A stretch of 64,000 nucleotides of DNA from Lama guanicoe (lineage: Eukaryota): contig MU056737.1 of NCBI GenBank assembly GCA_013239625.1, forward strand, positions 4,729,846 through 4,793,845, in the 5' to 3' direction. The translations under genes were made by a program, and so were the position numbers. The notes under the pieces are model-generated. The model was given only the letters and a program-made list of their open reading frames with translations. It had not been told where the DNA came from and did no database searches. Each line of letters starts with the position of its first letter. The stretch's first letter is position 1. Shown in pieces: positions 1 through 13,425 of the stretch.

Positions 1-899
1 TAATATCTGATATCAACATTTCAGTTTTCAATTTGTTCAAATGATTTTTTCCAGTCTGCCTGGTTGCCTGGAGTAATTCAAGATACAATGTTTATCTTCA
101 ACAATTTTCCACGCGTGGGTCCTGGCAAACCACTCGCTCAGTCAGTGACGGGGGAGGGAGGGACCCTGGTGCGTCGGAGACACAGAAATCTGTCTCCTGC
201 TCGTTCATCTCCAGACATTAAAGTGAGCAGGGAGAGCAGGGGCTAGGAGCTCATAATAATAAGATTTTCCACCAGTTTCGCTATGTAATTGGCTTTCCCA
301 AAGCAAATTGCAGTGAAATCTGACGAAAGTGTTTTTATTAAACACATCTAAACAGCCACATTCCCTCATCAACACATTTTTTGACAACTCTCAGCCACGA
401 GGCCTTGAGCCTGTCCCCGCAAGAGCCTTCTCTCCAGACACACAGCCGCAGTTTCAGGTTCTGAGTTTTCTCACAATTTTTTTTTAAAGCTATTAGCAAC
501 GACACAGGTAGAGACGTGTTTTTGATAAGGTGAAGCTGATGTTAAACCAGGCCTCCACCGCATCCAGCGTGGGGGCCAGGTGACCTCGATGCCCTCCTGA
601 CACGAGGGAATTTGTTTGACTCCTGAAGGTGATCGTTAGAAATACGCAGATCCAAACGAGTTTTGAAAAGTCTGAAGAACTTAAAGCAGTGAATACAGGT
701 TCCAACTCACTCGAGAACAGGAAGCCAATAGGATCTACAGGGCACAAGGCAGACGGTGAAAGAACCGGAAGGAAGCGTGGGGGGCGGAGCGAGCGCAGAC
801 AAGACGGCAAACACATACGCGCGTCGTCACGACAACCAGCGCAAACGGCGACGGGACGCCCGCACGGCTGAGCAGACGTGGGCCTGAGGGCAGGCCTCT

Positions 900-1420
900 G
901 CAATTCCCAGGCTGCATTCCCGAATCATAACCTAATAAAATCGGAAATCTATAACCCCAGAAAAATAAACCCTCCAGTCAGCTGGGCACTGAAAGGCACA
1001 CTCTTCAGTGAGTCTCAGGTCAGAGCAAAAATCAAAACTATGGTTGCGGGTCCTTAGAAAACAGCGGTGATGGGGCTGGACAGACCTGAGCCGGGGGGAG
1101 GTGGGGCGCGCCCCACGGCGGCGGGCGGGACGCCGACACTCCCCTACCACGGGAAGGAGCGGCCCCGCAAAACCAGGCCGCCGGTTAGGGAGTCGGACAG
1201 CGACCACTCAGGGAGGACTGGAAGCAGGTGATGAAGGTATAAATGAATAACCCGCACGAGGGAGATGCAAGGATGCGTAAACCCAAGAGCTCGATTTTAG
1301 GGAAAAGCACATGAACTCTTTGCAGGGGTTTGATACAGGGGACAAGAAGACACCTGCAAGCCAGAAACCACCAAAAACGGACAATGAAGAAGGAAACACA
1401 CCACAGGCCCAGCGGGAGCG
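900..1420 (+). mobile_element. Highly degraded L1 ORF2 fragments
   Basis: Segments such as aaaataaaccctccagtcagctgggcactgaaaggcacac and aaacccaagagctcgattttagggaaaag...gacaatgaagaaggaaacacaccacagg resemble L1 ORF2 consensus; very diverged. Confidence 0.35.
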
Positions 1421-1904
1421 GAAGGGCAACGAGCTAACGATGCTACTGACAGCAGGAGAGCCCGGAACTCCTCAGGCAGAGCCACGGGCAAAGAAAGCGT
1501 AAGTCGGCAAGCTGGCCAAGCGCGAAGAGAGACCTGCACGGGTAGCTGTGAAGAAGCAGGGAGGGCTGTCGGCGACATCTCCTCCAGGAAAAGCTCGGGG
1601 CCGGACTTTGAGGAAGGAAAGCGGTTTTGAGGCTCCAAGGAGCGAGCGGCCCCTGGTCAGCCCCTCGCAGGGAGCAGGGAGGGTGAGCGCGGGGTCCTGT
1701 GGCCTGCGGGGGATGGGCCCGCCTCCTCCCCTCCCACGGTGCGTTCTGGGCAGAGGGTGCAGGTGCTGAAATTCCAAAACCACCTCATCCCTACACTTCA
1801 CGAGTCCAGGCTGCGCAAACAGCGCCCGCTGACCTCCCAAAGGAGCCGAGGTGACTCGGGAAGGAGGACAGCCCCTCAGACGGTGGCGGCCCAGCCACGG
1901 TCAC

Positions 1905-2840
1905 GTGCGAGGCTGAACCCGGGCGCAGACCCCACACCTCTCACAAAAGTTAGCTCCAAATTAAACCCAAATGTAAAACACAAACCGACGTGACTTCCAG
2001 ATGACAAGAGAGGAGAAGCCGGGGCCTGGCGGCGGCCCTTGGACACAGCAGCACAAGCACGGTCTACGGAGGCACGGCTGCCAACGGCCCTCGTTCCAGC
2101 GGAGACTCCGTCTGCAGAACACACTGCAGAGGACGGAGAGACAACCCAGACACCGGGAGACAGTATTTGCCAAAGACACACCGGAGAGCAGACTTGTATG
2201 TGTGCAAAATACACAGAAATACACTAAAAGCGTATATAAGGAACTCCTGAAGCTCACCAGCAAGAAAACAAAGAACCCAGTTAAAAAACAAGTCAAAGAC
2301 CTCAACAGACACCCCGGCACGGAAGATACACAGACGGCAAACGAGCACATCTGAAGAGACGCTCCACACCGTGTGGCATCAGGGAACGCAGATCAGACCA
2401 GTCAGATACCACTACACACCTATCAGAACGGCCAAGATCGAACACTGACAACACCAAACCCTGGCAAGGACGTGACACAGCAGGAGCTGCAGTCACTGCG
2501 GGGTGAGGGGGATACAAAATGGTGCAGCCACTCTGGAAGACAGTTTGGTGGTTAGTTACAAAACTCAACACAACCTCAGCACAGGATCCAGCAATCGTGC
2601 TCCCGGCATTAACCCACAGGAAGTGAGAACTCTGCACACACAAACCCTGCATGTGGATGTTTACAGCAGCCTTACCATAACTGCTAAAACCTGGAGGCAA
2701 CCAAGACGTCCTTCAGCAGGTGAATGGATAAACTGGTACACCCAGACGACGGAGAGGAGGTATATGGGAACTCTCTCCACTTTTTACTCAATTTTTCTGT
2801 AAACATACAACTGCTCTAAACCTAAAGCCGATTAAAAATA
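1905..2840 (+). mobile_element. L1 ORF2 3' part and 3' end (L1MC-like), internally deleted near 2755
   Basis: Typical motifs: aaggaactcctgaagctcaccagcaagaaaacaaagaacccagttaaaaaa, gataccactacacacctatcagaa, aaaatggtgcagccactctggaagacagtttg, ggatccagcaatcgtgctcc and the terminal gtatatgggaactctctc...aatttttctgtaaa. Confidence 0.85.
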
Positions 2841-5800
2841 AGATAAAGCCTCAGTGGTTCTCGTTTGAAGTGCAGGAGTCCCTGGGCAGATGTTCAAGTG
2901 CCTTAAGAACTTCGGGAAAAGCACATCTATGGCGCAGAGATTGTTACCCCTAGAGAATGTTCCGGAGAATTTTCAAGTGTGAATATTATTTTCCAGTTCA
3001 ACTGACTGGTGTTCCATGTCTAACATCTCAACACAGGACTTTTAATTTTCAATTTTTAGAAGCTGGGAGACGGGGCAGAGGGGAGGGGTGCCCACAGAAG
3101 GACTGGGCTCTGGCTGGCTCCTCACCCTGCCTCAGGGCCCTTGCACGTCCTGACACGCAGCAAAGAAGAAAGTGGACCTCCGGGCCACAGCCCTGCAGTA
3201 CGAGAGGCCAGCGGTGGGGCGTCTGAGCAGCTCTGCACAGAAAATCACGGGTGGGACGCACAGAGGAGACCTGCACCCCCAGGCAGGTGCTCATTATACA
3301 GGACAGCCTCCTCTCAGCTGGAGATGAGTCAGCAGGTGCAGTCCTATTTCCATCTCGCTCTCCGGGAGCCCCTTTTGCTGGGGAGAGGGCAGCCTCGGGG
3401 GAAGATTACGGTCTTCCCTTCCAGACCCGTGAGGCAGCACGGGAGGGACGTCACCTGTGTGCACGTGCGGCACCACAGTCAGCTGAGTCGGGAAAACATT
3501 TTCAGTATTTCAATGACTGCTTCACTAAGTCACAAATAACACAGCTAATCCACGAGGCCGCTCGCTTACAAAAACCTACCTGCTCTGCTTTAGAGCAAAA
3601 TGAAAAGCCACACAGCGAGGGATGCGGCCGTATCCGCCGGCCCTGGGCCCAGCCGCCCCCCCGGCTCCCCACCACCGCAGTCACGATTTCCTCTCTCCTT
3701 AAAGCCATTGCAATAAAGACCCCAGAGCCCGTTGACTCAGATGGAGACATTCATTTGTAAGCAGGCCTCAACATACAGTTTAGCCTAAACGGCGTGTGTT
3801 TCAATGCAGGTCTATAAATAAAACATCTCGGATTTTCATCTCACCCCCACACCCTGCAGAGCACGGGGAAAGCCTTCTAACCCCAAGCTGCAGGAATCAC
3901 ATAAGCCCCAGGAGGCTTCCCCCCAAGGGGCAGGGAGGTGCAGGGGCACAGCGGGGACTCCTGACCACGAGCCCTGGGCCGAGGAGAGACCGGGCCAGCG
4001 GACGTGTCTGGGGAGGGGGGACAGGGGCTGGTCCTTCAGAGGAGGTGGAGGGCAGGCGCCAGCCACCCTTAGCTGGAAATGCAAAAACACCCTCCACATC
4101 TTTCCCCTGCACCGGCGGGTCCACGCCGAGCCGGAGGCAACCTCTGAAGACTCTGTGCAGATCGTTTGGGGCAAAGCAGAGCTTGGAGGGCCCGAGTCCC
4201 TCCCCCCATCCAACAGACGGAGCCAGAAACTCGGAGAGGCCGTCTGCAGAGGTGACGGCCTGACCCGCAGGGCCAGCGAGGGAGGCAGAGGGCGAAGTGA
4301 GATCACCTCCTTTGGGTGAAGACAAACCCTCCAAAGACAACTGGCAGTTCCGCTGGGGCCTCTTAGAGCCCACGGCTGGGAGGGAAGGACCACCAGGAAC
4401 AGCGGGCTCTGGAAATCCCAGCCAAAGGCTGTGCTGGGGGCGGGGGGCAGAGCGGTCCACGGTCGTGAGTGTTGCCCCGTCTCAGCGGGGAACCCTCTCA
4501 CGGACAGGACAGGAGGAAGGACGGTATCGGGGACCCGTGGGGCGGCTCTCATGGGAACACCCTCCCTCGCCTCCCTCCACTCCTGCAAGGAGAGACTCTC
4601 AGCTGAAGCATCACAGGAAGAATCCTGGGCTTCACGGCCGAGGATGTCCTCTCTGACTGCAGCGTCCAGCACAGGCAGCCGCTCCTCCCGATGGTGGCTC
4701 TGACCTGGGACCCCTGTCCCAGGAGGGCCTCCGAGGCCCCCTTCACAGGGACCGGCTCACAGGGACCCCAGGCTCAGTCCCACGGCAGAGCCGTCACTGG
4801 ACGGCCAACAGCAGTGTCCCTGCTCCCGTGAGGGTAGTTACACTCTTGAGCCCCCAGAGAAGACAGGGCGTCAGATTTCCAGGCCACGGAGAGCGTCCCT
4901 GGTTTGCTGGTGACGCCAGGGCAGGAAGCCCTCTGCCCGAGCGCCAGGAGCTGTGCTGTGTCCAGCTCACCCAGCTTTGCCCAGTTAAGACCTGGGATTC
5001 CCGCCATCTTAGGTGATGAAAACACTTCAGGCGAAGGTCACCGGGGACACAGCAAATGCGGATGTGCCACCAGGGTGCTAGGCCCTGTGTGTGGGATCTC
5101 AGTTTACTGGGTCAACTCGCTTCCAGAATTTTCAGAGTCCCGAAAGCCTAAACGTCTGTGTTTGCTGCGCTGGAAGCCGCTGTCAGGGCAGCCCATGACA
5201 GGTCGGCTCCTGGAGGGTCCCTGCCCCACCCAGGCCCCCTGGAGCTGCCGGTGGACCCGTATCTCCGGGACTGGGGGCTGCCCTGCGGGAGGAAACCCGG
5301 GGGCACCAGGGCGGGGCTTCCCATGTGTGACGCTTCGTGCACAGCCGTCCCCTGGGCCCTGTCCCAGTGAGGCGCTGACTCAGGACACCGCACGCCTAGC
5401 CGGCCCCCGGGCCAGGCCCCAGAGAGACAAGCCCCAGTCGTCACGGTCCAAACGAGAACAGGCAGGAAACAACGAGATGATGTTTGCAAAGGAGACCGTG
5501 GAGGGAAACCTGGCCAGCCCCTCTCTGCGCGCTTCAAACACGTCCCCAGGTTTCTCTTTTTCCGAGTAATTATAAAACCCCTTCTCCCGGAGATGAGAGG
5601 ATTATGTCCCTACAAAACGTATTTCACACTTTGTCGTAATTCCAGCAGCTGCCCTGTAACTGCGGCGCTGGTGCAGCCTTCATCAAGCTCCGGGTACTTC
5701 TGCGAGGTGCCCGCATTGGATCTGCGTTCGTGTGCTAACCTGCCTTAGCGCCGAGGCTCTGTCGCACAGTACCTCCGTGTCTATTTACCCCCCGCCTCGC

Positions 5801-7939
5801 ACACCGGCTGCAGGGAAAGGGCTCCGACCGTGTCGGTGGCTCAGCCTCCCCAGCATGCCCGGAACACGGGGCAGGAGGAGCTGAGCCCACATGCCCACTT
5901 GAGACGGGAAACCCAGCCCCAGGGACATGGGGGCCTCGCAGAAAGTTATAAAGGAGGAAAAGCGGGTGTCTTCCGTTTAGCCCCGTAACCAGGTCCCTGT
6001 GCTCTGGTCACCCTGCTAGCCAACACTCTGCTCTTTCCTGCTCCTCTGGTGGGCACCCTGGACGGGCTTCAGGAGACCAGGTGCCAATCCTAAGGGACCC
6101 CCATCACTGCGGCCTCCTGGAGGCCTGGGCCTCAGCTCGGGCCTGGGGTGACAAGTGCCTGGCTGGCTTCCTCTGCGCAGCCTCAGGGAGCTGCCGTTGC
6201 TGGGGTGAGGCTAGTCCTGGTTCACACCCAGACGCCACTCTTCTCCACATTTGCCACCTTTGTCAAACACATTTGTTAACAGTCCTCTGACCTCTCCTTG
6301 TCCCCGACACGGTGCTGGAGGCAGCCTTCTTCTTTGGGCCTGGCATGCAGGGCCCTCCCCGCACCATCGCCCGCACCATGTTCCGCCTGCACCAGGTGTA
6401 AGCAGCTCCCACAGCGTTGTGGGGCTGAGTCCCGCTTGCATGCTCTGCCCTGGACACGGCTCTTGGCCCAGGAGCCACCACCAGAGATGGGATACCTGTG
6501 CCCTCCACGAACAGAGGGCAGAGTTGGGGAGTCAGCTCCTGCTTTGCCTCAGGGACAGCCCGATGGTCTGCAGAGTGTGCTCGGGGCCCACGGAGGGAGG
6601 CCACGTCCTGGGCAGGTACCGGGGTGGGGCCTGCACCTTCTTCCAACAGGAGCCCACGCAGCCACAACTGTGAAACAGCCCCAGCACAGGGTGTTAAGCA
6701 GTAGCAGTTAAAGTGGGGTCCGACCTACTAGCGTTTCATCAGAGATGTAGCACCGTGCGTCCGGACCCTTCCCCAGAGCCCCCGTGCCCAGCCACACACC
6801 ATCCTCCAGGGGCGTGTTCTCCCGCCCGCGTGCGCGGACTCTGCAGGCCGGGGAGCCCAGGCAGGCGGCGGGCAGGTGAGCGTGGAGGGCCCAAGATTCC
6901 CGCCAACGCCATTCCTTCCGTAAGGGGCTTCCCTAGGAGAGGTGGACCAAGGGGCAAGGAAGGAGCTGGACACCTGCCCGGGGTCAGGCTCCCAGGGAGG
7001 CCAACACGTGTGTGGAAGTGAAGAGAGGGAGAAGCTGCGTTTTCCTGGCCTGCTCCCAGGACAAGCTCTTCTGCGGATGAAGTGAGCACTTCCGTGGGAG
7101 TTAAGCCTCCATCTCCCACCACGTCTGCCTCCCGTGTTCAGAGGTTTCTTCAGGCAAAAGGCAGGCCAGCTTCCCTGCCCCAGCCAGACCACGGCTCCCT
7201 TCCCGCGAGGGTGCAGGCGCGGAGCCTGGCCCTCCCGCCTGGGCTTGGGGGGACCGGGGGAGGATAAGGAAATCAAGATTCTCTGTGGCAGCTGTGGGGC
7301 CGCAGCCAGACAGGGTTTCAGGGACATGGTCTCCGTGTCCCCGGGGGTGGGGCCCCATTCCTCCCAGCGAGTCTGTGAGCCAAACAGCACCCTCCAGACA
7401 CGAGCCTGCTACGCACACCCGCAGCTCCGGCATAATTCTGGCTGACACCAGGCGCGGGGGGCGGGGCGGGGAGGGGCAGGGGCTCGGGGGTCACTCGGGT
7501 AACAGTCACACTCCTGGACGGCGGTCCAGCGTGTGCTCCGCCGAGGAGCGCGCGAGCCCGGCCCGAGCAGGACCGCAGACGGGTCGGTGCTCGCGCCGGC
7601 TCTGCCTCCCAGGACAGGCCAGGCAGGCCCTTCAGGAGAGGCGGCTCAGCCAGCAGCCAGACTACCGCCCTGACTCCAGGGCCGCTCTTCTGCGGGGACC
7701 AAAGGGCTCGCGCCGCGTCCACGGCCCTCGGCACCTCTGCGAGTCATGAGTGAGTCAGAAGCTGCAAGTGCTGTGCAAACGTCTCGCGGGCAATTCCACA
7801 GAACCTCACTTCTACGTACGACTAAGGCTATTTGTGGGAAACTGCTAGGAGTTCAGCGTTGGTAACTGAATTCAGTGAGTGACTGGTGTTCACCACCGAC
7901 GGCCCCTGCGCTCAGCGCCGTCACGGGCTCCTGCCATGA

Positions 7940-8251
7940 CAGCCGGCCTCCGCGTCTCTGGACTCTACACCTGCAGATTTAACCAACCGAGGACTGAAAA
8001 TGTTTGAAAAAAATTCCAGAAAGTTCCAAAAAAGCAGAACTTGAATTTTCCGCACAGCAGCAACTGTTCACACAGCACTTATGGTGCATCAGGGATAACA
8101 GGTGGTCTGGGGTGACGTGAAGTTCACAGGAGGATGTGGGAGGGTCTCTGCAAACACTGCCCACTTCACAGAAGGGACCTGAGCACCCGCGGACTCTGGT
8201 ACCAGCGAGGGGTACTGGAACCAGTCCCCTGTGGACTCCGAGGGCCAGTGG
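7940..8251. mobile_element. MER2-like TcMar-Tigger MITE
   Basis: Internal aaaaaattccagaaagttccaaaaaagcagaacttgaattt and gggacctgagcacccgcggactctggta...ggaaccagtcccc; degenerate inverted termini (cagccggcctcc / ccgagggccagtg) followed by TA. Confidence 0.8.
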
Positions 8252-8344
8252 TACAAGCAGGTGCGTGAAACAGGAATTCCACCGATTTCACTGGCAGGGA
8301 ACCAGTTTCAGCTGGCCCTGATTTTCTATTGCTACCCTAAATTG

Positions 8345-9150
8345 ATTTACTTTAATTTTAAAAAACATTTTATTTGACATATGTCAGGTTCACAGAAAAG
8401 CTGTGAGAATCTCATGCGAGACCCTCGTGTTCCCTTCATCCGGGTTCCCCAATACTGCCCTCACATCACACCTCCCTCTCTCCTCCAAACTCTCCCTGCA
8501 TTTGCATTTGCACTTACACTTTGTTCCATCATTAGTAGCCATTTGAGAGGAAAGTGCAGACACGACAGCCCTTTAGTCTAAAAACTTCAGTGTGCATCTT
8601 CCAGAAACAAAGACATTCTCCTGCAGAATCACTGCACGATTATCAAGATCAGGAGATGAGCAGTGACGAGGCACCAGGTGTGCACACCTATCCAGCAGCG
8701 TTTCGTACGGGGAGCTGGACGCGCAGGTCACGCACCACGTTCAGCTGTCGTGTCTCTAAGCACTGCCACTGGGGTAACGTGCCAGCCTCCCGCGTCTCTC
8801 GTAGCACCGATGTTTCTAAAGAGTGCCGCTCAGTTATGCTCTGTCGTGCCCCTCGATCCGAGCCTGTCTCACGATAAGAGCAGGTTTCGCACATGGGCAA
8901 GAGCCCCGCAGAGGTGCTGCGTATCCTGGGTGGTGCGTCAGGGCTGGGTGCCTGTCCCGTCGCTGCGGGCGCGCGAACCTCCGTGCCATGAGAGGGCCGT
9001 GTCGGCCGGGCCTCTCTGTGTCAACATGACTGAGCTCCCATCAGAGTTAATCCGCATCTCGGGGCCGCTCCTCAGAACCTCACCCCTCCTTTCAGCAGGC
9101 ACTGGTGTTTCTCGTCCAGACCAGACACTCTCAAGACTGTATTGGTTCTA
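8345..9150 (-). mobile_element. Old L1 3' end (L1MC4/5-like), antisense
   Basis: T-rich start, then caggttcacagaaaagctg...cccttcatccgggttcccc and ccatttgagaggaaagtgcagacac...cttcagtgtgcatcttcc...gacattctcct, the reverse of an L1MC 3' UTR. Confidence 0.65.
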
Positions 9151-9599
9151 ATGTAAACACCGCCAAACACGAGGAAATCAAGCATGGAGCCACAGACGGC
9201 AGGCATGAGGACCGTGTTCTGTCCTCCTCTCCAGGGTTGGAGGGGAAGCCCGGACACACAGTCCGTCTGCACCGCAGCCTTCCTGCATCACCCGCATGGA
9301 CCGACCACGTGACTGGGCGTCTGCAGGTCTCCGTCCTGTGGTCTGTGGCTTATTCTCGTGGCTACGGACGGTGCCAGCACAGGCAGCCCCTTCCTGCTCT
9401 GCTGTGGGAGCCTCCCATTCCTCCCCGCTGCGCCCCATGCTCCGCCCTGCTGCCTGGAGCACCGAGAATCTGCCATTTCTGGGCCCCCCACTCTCCCTCA
9501 GATCTGGGTTTCCAACTGCGTGTCCTCCCTCCCCTCACAAGAGCTTCCTCTGGCATTTGGGTGGGTCCTGGGCCAAAGCCGCAGACTCGCTCACGACGG

Positions 9600-10390
9600 G
9601 CTGACGTGAAAACACTTCATTTCACCCTATTTGGGAGAAGATTTCTGATGGATGTGTAACTCTGGGTCGACTGTTTCTCCCCCTTGCAGAACTCTGAAGA
9701 TGCTAAATGTTTCCTGGTTGCTGCTGTTTCTGCGCTGAGATGAAGCCCCTGCCGTCCGTGTCACCGCTGCTCAGGAAGCGGGGTCTCTCCTCCCAGCGTC
9801 TGGAGACCTTCTGCGTGGACCCCTGAGCAGGTGGACTGCAACGTTCTCGGGCCAGTCCTCTTCATTCACCCTGCCTGGAGACCTCTGCGCTCCCTCCTTC
9901 ACAAATTTTGGGGAGGGCTGTGCACCCCTCCTCCCCCGCCCGGTCCCGTCTGTCTCCTCTCTTTCTGGGATTCCTCTGGCATGTGAGGCCGAGGCTCTGT
10001 CACAGTTTTCACTGTTTCCTCTGTTCTTCAGGATGGATATGCCCCCGGTCTTCCTTCAGGTTTGCCAGCCCTTCACGCTGCAGCCTCGCGTGCTGACACA
10101 TCCACCCGGTGAATGTCTACAATTTCGCATGTGCTTTTCTTTCCTAAACCCTCTACGTGTGTTTGGCAGAGCCTTCGTTCTCCCGCGAGGCTCCCCGTGT
10201 GTCCCCTCGTTAGGACCCCACTTCCCCGTCCAGCCCTGGGACGCGTCTGTGACAGCACGTCAAGCGCTTGCTGCTCGTCTCAGAGTCCGTGTCTATCGGC
10301 GACTTTCTTTTTCTCATTACGGGTCACATTTTCCTGCTCCTTCACATGCTTAGTACTTTTTGATCGTATGCTGGACATTCTGAACGGATG
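9600..10390 (-). mobile_element. Ancient L1 (L1M/HAL1-like) ORF1-region fragment, antisense
   Basis: Pyrimidine-rich, with motifs cttcatttcaccctattt...gatggatgtgtaactctgggtcgactg and tacgggtcacattttcctgctccttcacatgc...tgctggacatt. Confidence 0.55.
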
Positions 10391-10767
10391 TCACAGGAAT
10401 CTAGGGGCACCTCATTCACTGCTTTTTACATCAGAAATGAGTGTGAGCTGCCAGCATCTGCACTCGTTAGCAGGTGTTCCCTGGAGCTGTGATCCCTGGG
10501 ATGCACACCAGCACCGCTATGACGGGCCGCTCTGCAGCCCCAAAGTGAACTAATCACACACCGATTACTGAAGTCAACACACAACGTTCTCTCCACTTAG
10601 ACTTGCTACCAGGACTTTGTACACAGGACACTTCACGGTCATTACTGGGCTTCACCAGGGCTGTGACACTCCTGCGACAGAGTCTAAGGCATTTTGCCTG
10701 AAGTTAAAAAACCAGACCGAGATTCCCAGGGCTAAGTGCTCAGCTGTCCTGAGGAGACAACACATGA

Positions 10768-10956
10768 GGCCACCGTCCCCGTCACATCCAGGCCACCATC
10801 CCCGTCACGTCCAGGCCTCCGTCCCCATGACATCCAGCCCACTGTCCCCATGATGTCCAGCCCACCATCCCCATGACGTCCAGGCCACCGTCCCCATGGT
10901 GTCCAGGCCACAGTCCCCGTGACGTCCAGGCCTCCGCCCCCGTGACGCCCAGGCCA
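10768..10956. repeat. Minisatellite, 23-bp unit, about 8.2 copies (consensus GGCCACCGTCCCCRTGACGTCCA)
   Basis: Counted directly: units start at 10768, 10791, 10814, 10837, 10860, 10883, 10906, 10929, with no indels. Confidence 0.95.
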
Positions 10957-13269
10957 GAACCTCTAGCCATGGCCCTTCCCGTCTGCACACCCCGATAGTC
11001 TGACCACGCCCTACTGTGCACCCTGCTAACAGTGCTCTGGCCATCCCACCTTTTTCTCTCCCACCGCAACAACCATGCCCCCAGACATCCCCGCAGACTC
11101 CGCCCTGCTCTCCTGGCTGCAGGAATTCCCGCTCCCAACACCTCTCCTGTTCTGAAGCCGCAGTGAGAGTGCTGGGCCGCAAGTCTGACCGCAGGAAACC
11201 TCGTGGGGAACCTTCAAAGCCCATTCCCACCTGAGAATTCCCGAGTCCCCAGCCAGCAACAGGCTCGCTTTCCTGATGGATGACGCATCAGGCTCATTCC
11301 CGCCCAGTGGGTAATCCCCACCTCCCGGCCTGCCCCCCCGGGCCCACCTCGTGAACCCCCTTAAACACACCACATTCCCCTTCTCTCCTGGACCTTCCTG
11401 CCCACGGCTGCCTCTCACCCCCACACCAGGCTCCTTCACTCGAGTAATTCCTGCTCATCTTTCAGAACCCACCCCGGCACCTTCTCCAGGAAGGCCTCCT
11501 GGAGCCCCAGGGACCTCAGGACAGAGGCCCAGGCCAGAGGACACCGTGACACCCCAGCCATGTCGAGAGGCCAGGCCTCCGGGGGGGCCCGTCACAGCTT
11601 CCAAACCCGAGGGACAACATGGGCGGGAACTGATCTCGTTCGGGTGAGTGAAGTCCTGAACGATCCTGCCAGGCGGCAGGTCCTCTTCCCACCTGAGCCT
11701 GAGGGGACGCGAGGATTCCCTCAGGAAGTGAAAAGGCACAAGAACGTGCTTGTCCTGGAGTTTCGGAGCAGGCTGTGCGGCTGCCCTGAACCCCCTGGTG
11801 TTTAGAAGGGAGCCGGGCCACAGGTCTGAGGAGAAGAGGCGGCCATGGCTTCACCAGCCTAACACGGCTCGGGCGAGGGGACGCCCAGCGGGGCAGCTTC
11901 CCCTCTCACGCTCGGCAGAAAACGTTCAGAAATCCAGAGAGGGGGTGGACTCGTCAGTCCTAAGACTCCCTCCGGCCGCCACCAACCCCCTTCACCGCCA
12001 AGGCGAGGCCCGCCTCCCTGAGTTTTGCCGAGTGAGTCGAGGCCTGGGGACCCCGGCGCCTGAGCTTACAGACCAGGAGGAGATGGATGGATTCGTGTCT
12101 ACAGAGAGCTGCAGCGTCCGCCGGAAAGGCCTGCGCCCCTGGGCTGCTCACTCCTCCCCAGCCTGACGAGGCGAGTCTGCAGCGACCCGCGCTCGGAGCC
12201 GCACTTACAGCTGCCTGTGTGTAAGTGACTCGGGCCTTGATGGCTGTTGGACACGTTTCCTGTTCTCGGCCTTGCTTTGCCCTCTTTGACAATGTCAGGC
12301 TGAAATGTGGAAACGGTGTGGCCCACGGAGCCTCCCAGACCTGAGCAGAGCGCACGGTGGGGCTGCGCCGTGTTACCACGCGTACGCGGCCCCGGCTGCT
12401 CAGAGCGGAGGCCGCTTTCCACGTGGGACTGCGGCTCTGGGCGGGAGGGGCAGCTCCACGGGGCTGTCACGTGGGGCTGCCGAGCGCACACGCGCCTGCG
12501 TCTTAGGGAAGGTCTCTGTTTGGAATAGTTGGCAGCTGCGGAAAGATGGGAGAACCCACTGTGCTGAAAGTCCCACAGGAACGGAAGTGCAAACGCAGGG
12601 GAAAGAGCAGCTGAACCGGGACCACGGGGCAGAGAGGCCGCCGTGCGGCGCCCGCAGAGGAGGGTGCCTGGCCTCCGGGCAGGTCTCAGGGACCCTCGGC
12701 CGGTCGTGGTCCTGACTTGGGCGGAGGGGCTCAGGTATGAGAATGGCACCACGGGCTAAGCGGACCTCCAGGCACAGCCGGCTCCCACACCACCCCCACC
12801 AGTGTCAGGCACAGGGCTCGGACCCCCCAGCGGGTGGGGAGGAGGGACCAGGAGCCACAGGGATGCACACGAGACGCAAAGGCTGGGTCTGAACCCAGGT
12901 CTGTCTAGCACCAAACGCCACATGTTCCATGTTAGACCTGTCACATCCACACGTTAAAAACCAGATGTTTAAGTTGTGCTAAAGTGATGGAACTACAGGA
13001 AACTCTTCCCAAAAGTTCTACTTAACATCAAAGCCACATCGTCTTTCTGACCCACTAAACATGGTCGCTTTTTAATGAAAACCACCGCATTCTGGAAGGC
13101 TCTGCACTTACACAGGATGACCGAACTCCTGAGAGAGAAGGGGAGGGTTTTCAAATCTGTGCTTTGGCTGCAGGGTCACACAGGCACTAAGGCCAGTGGG
13201 CGGGGTCCTCAGGACCACAGGAGCGTCCTCAGCACAGCCAGGAGCCTCCAAGGCCCCACAAATTCAGCT

Positions 13270-13425
13270 TACGTGAACTGAGATCAAGTCAAACACAGAG
13301 TTAAGGTCCTCGGTCACACTGGCGACACTCCCAGTGTCAGAGGTCGCATGACCCAGCGGCTGCCATTCTGGGCAGCAAAGACCTGCAACATCCCCGTCAC
13401 CTTGGGATCTTGGCCAGCGCTGCCC
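13270..13425. mobile_element. MER3/MER33-like hAT-Charlie fragment
   Basis: gtcctcggtcacactggcgacactcccagtgtc...gcggctgccattctgggcagc...aacatccccgtcacc resembles the MER3/33 core; diverged. Confidence 0.5.

Noticed and set aside
10768-10956. CRISPR-like array
   Set aside because: Head-to-tail tandem units with no unique spacers, in a mammalian context with no cas genes. The same applies to 42087-42232.
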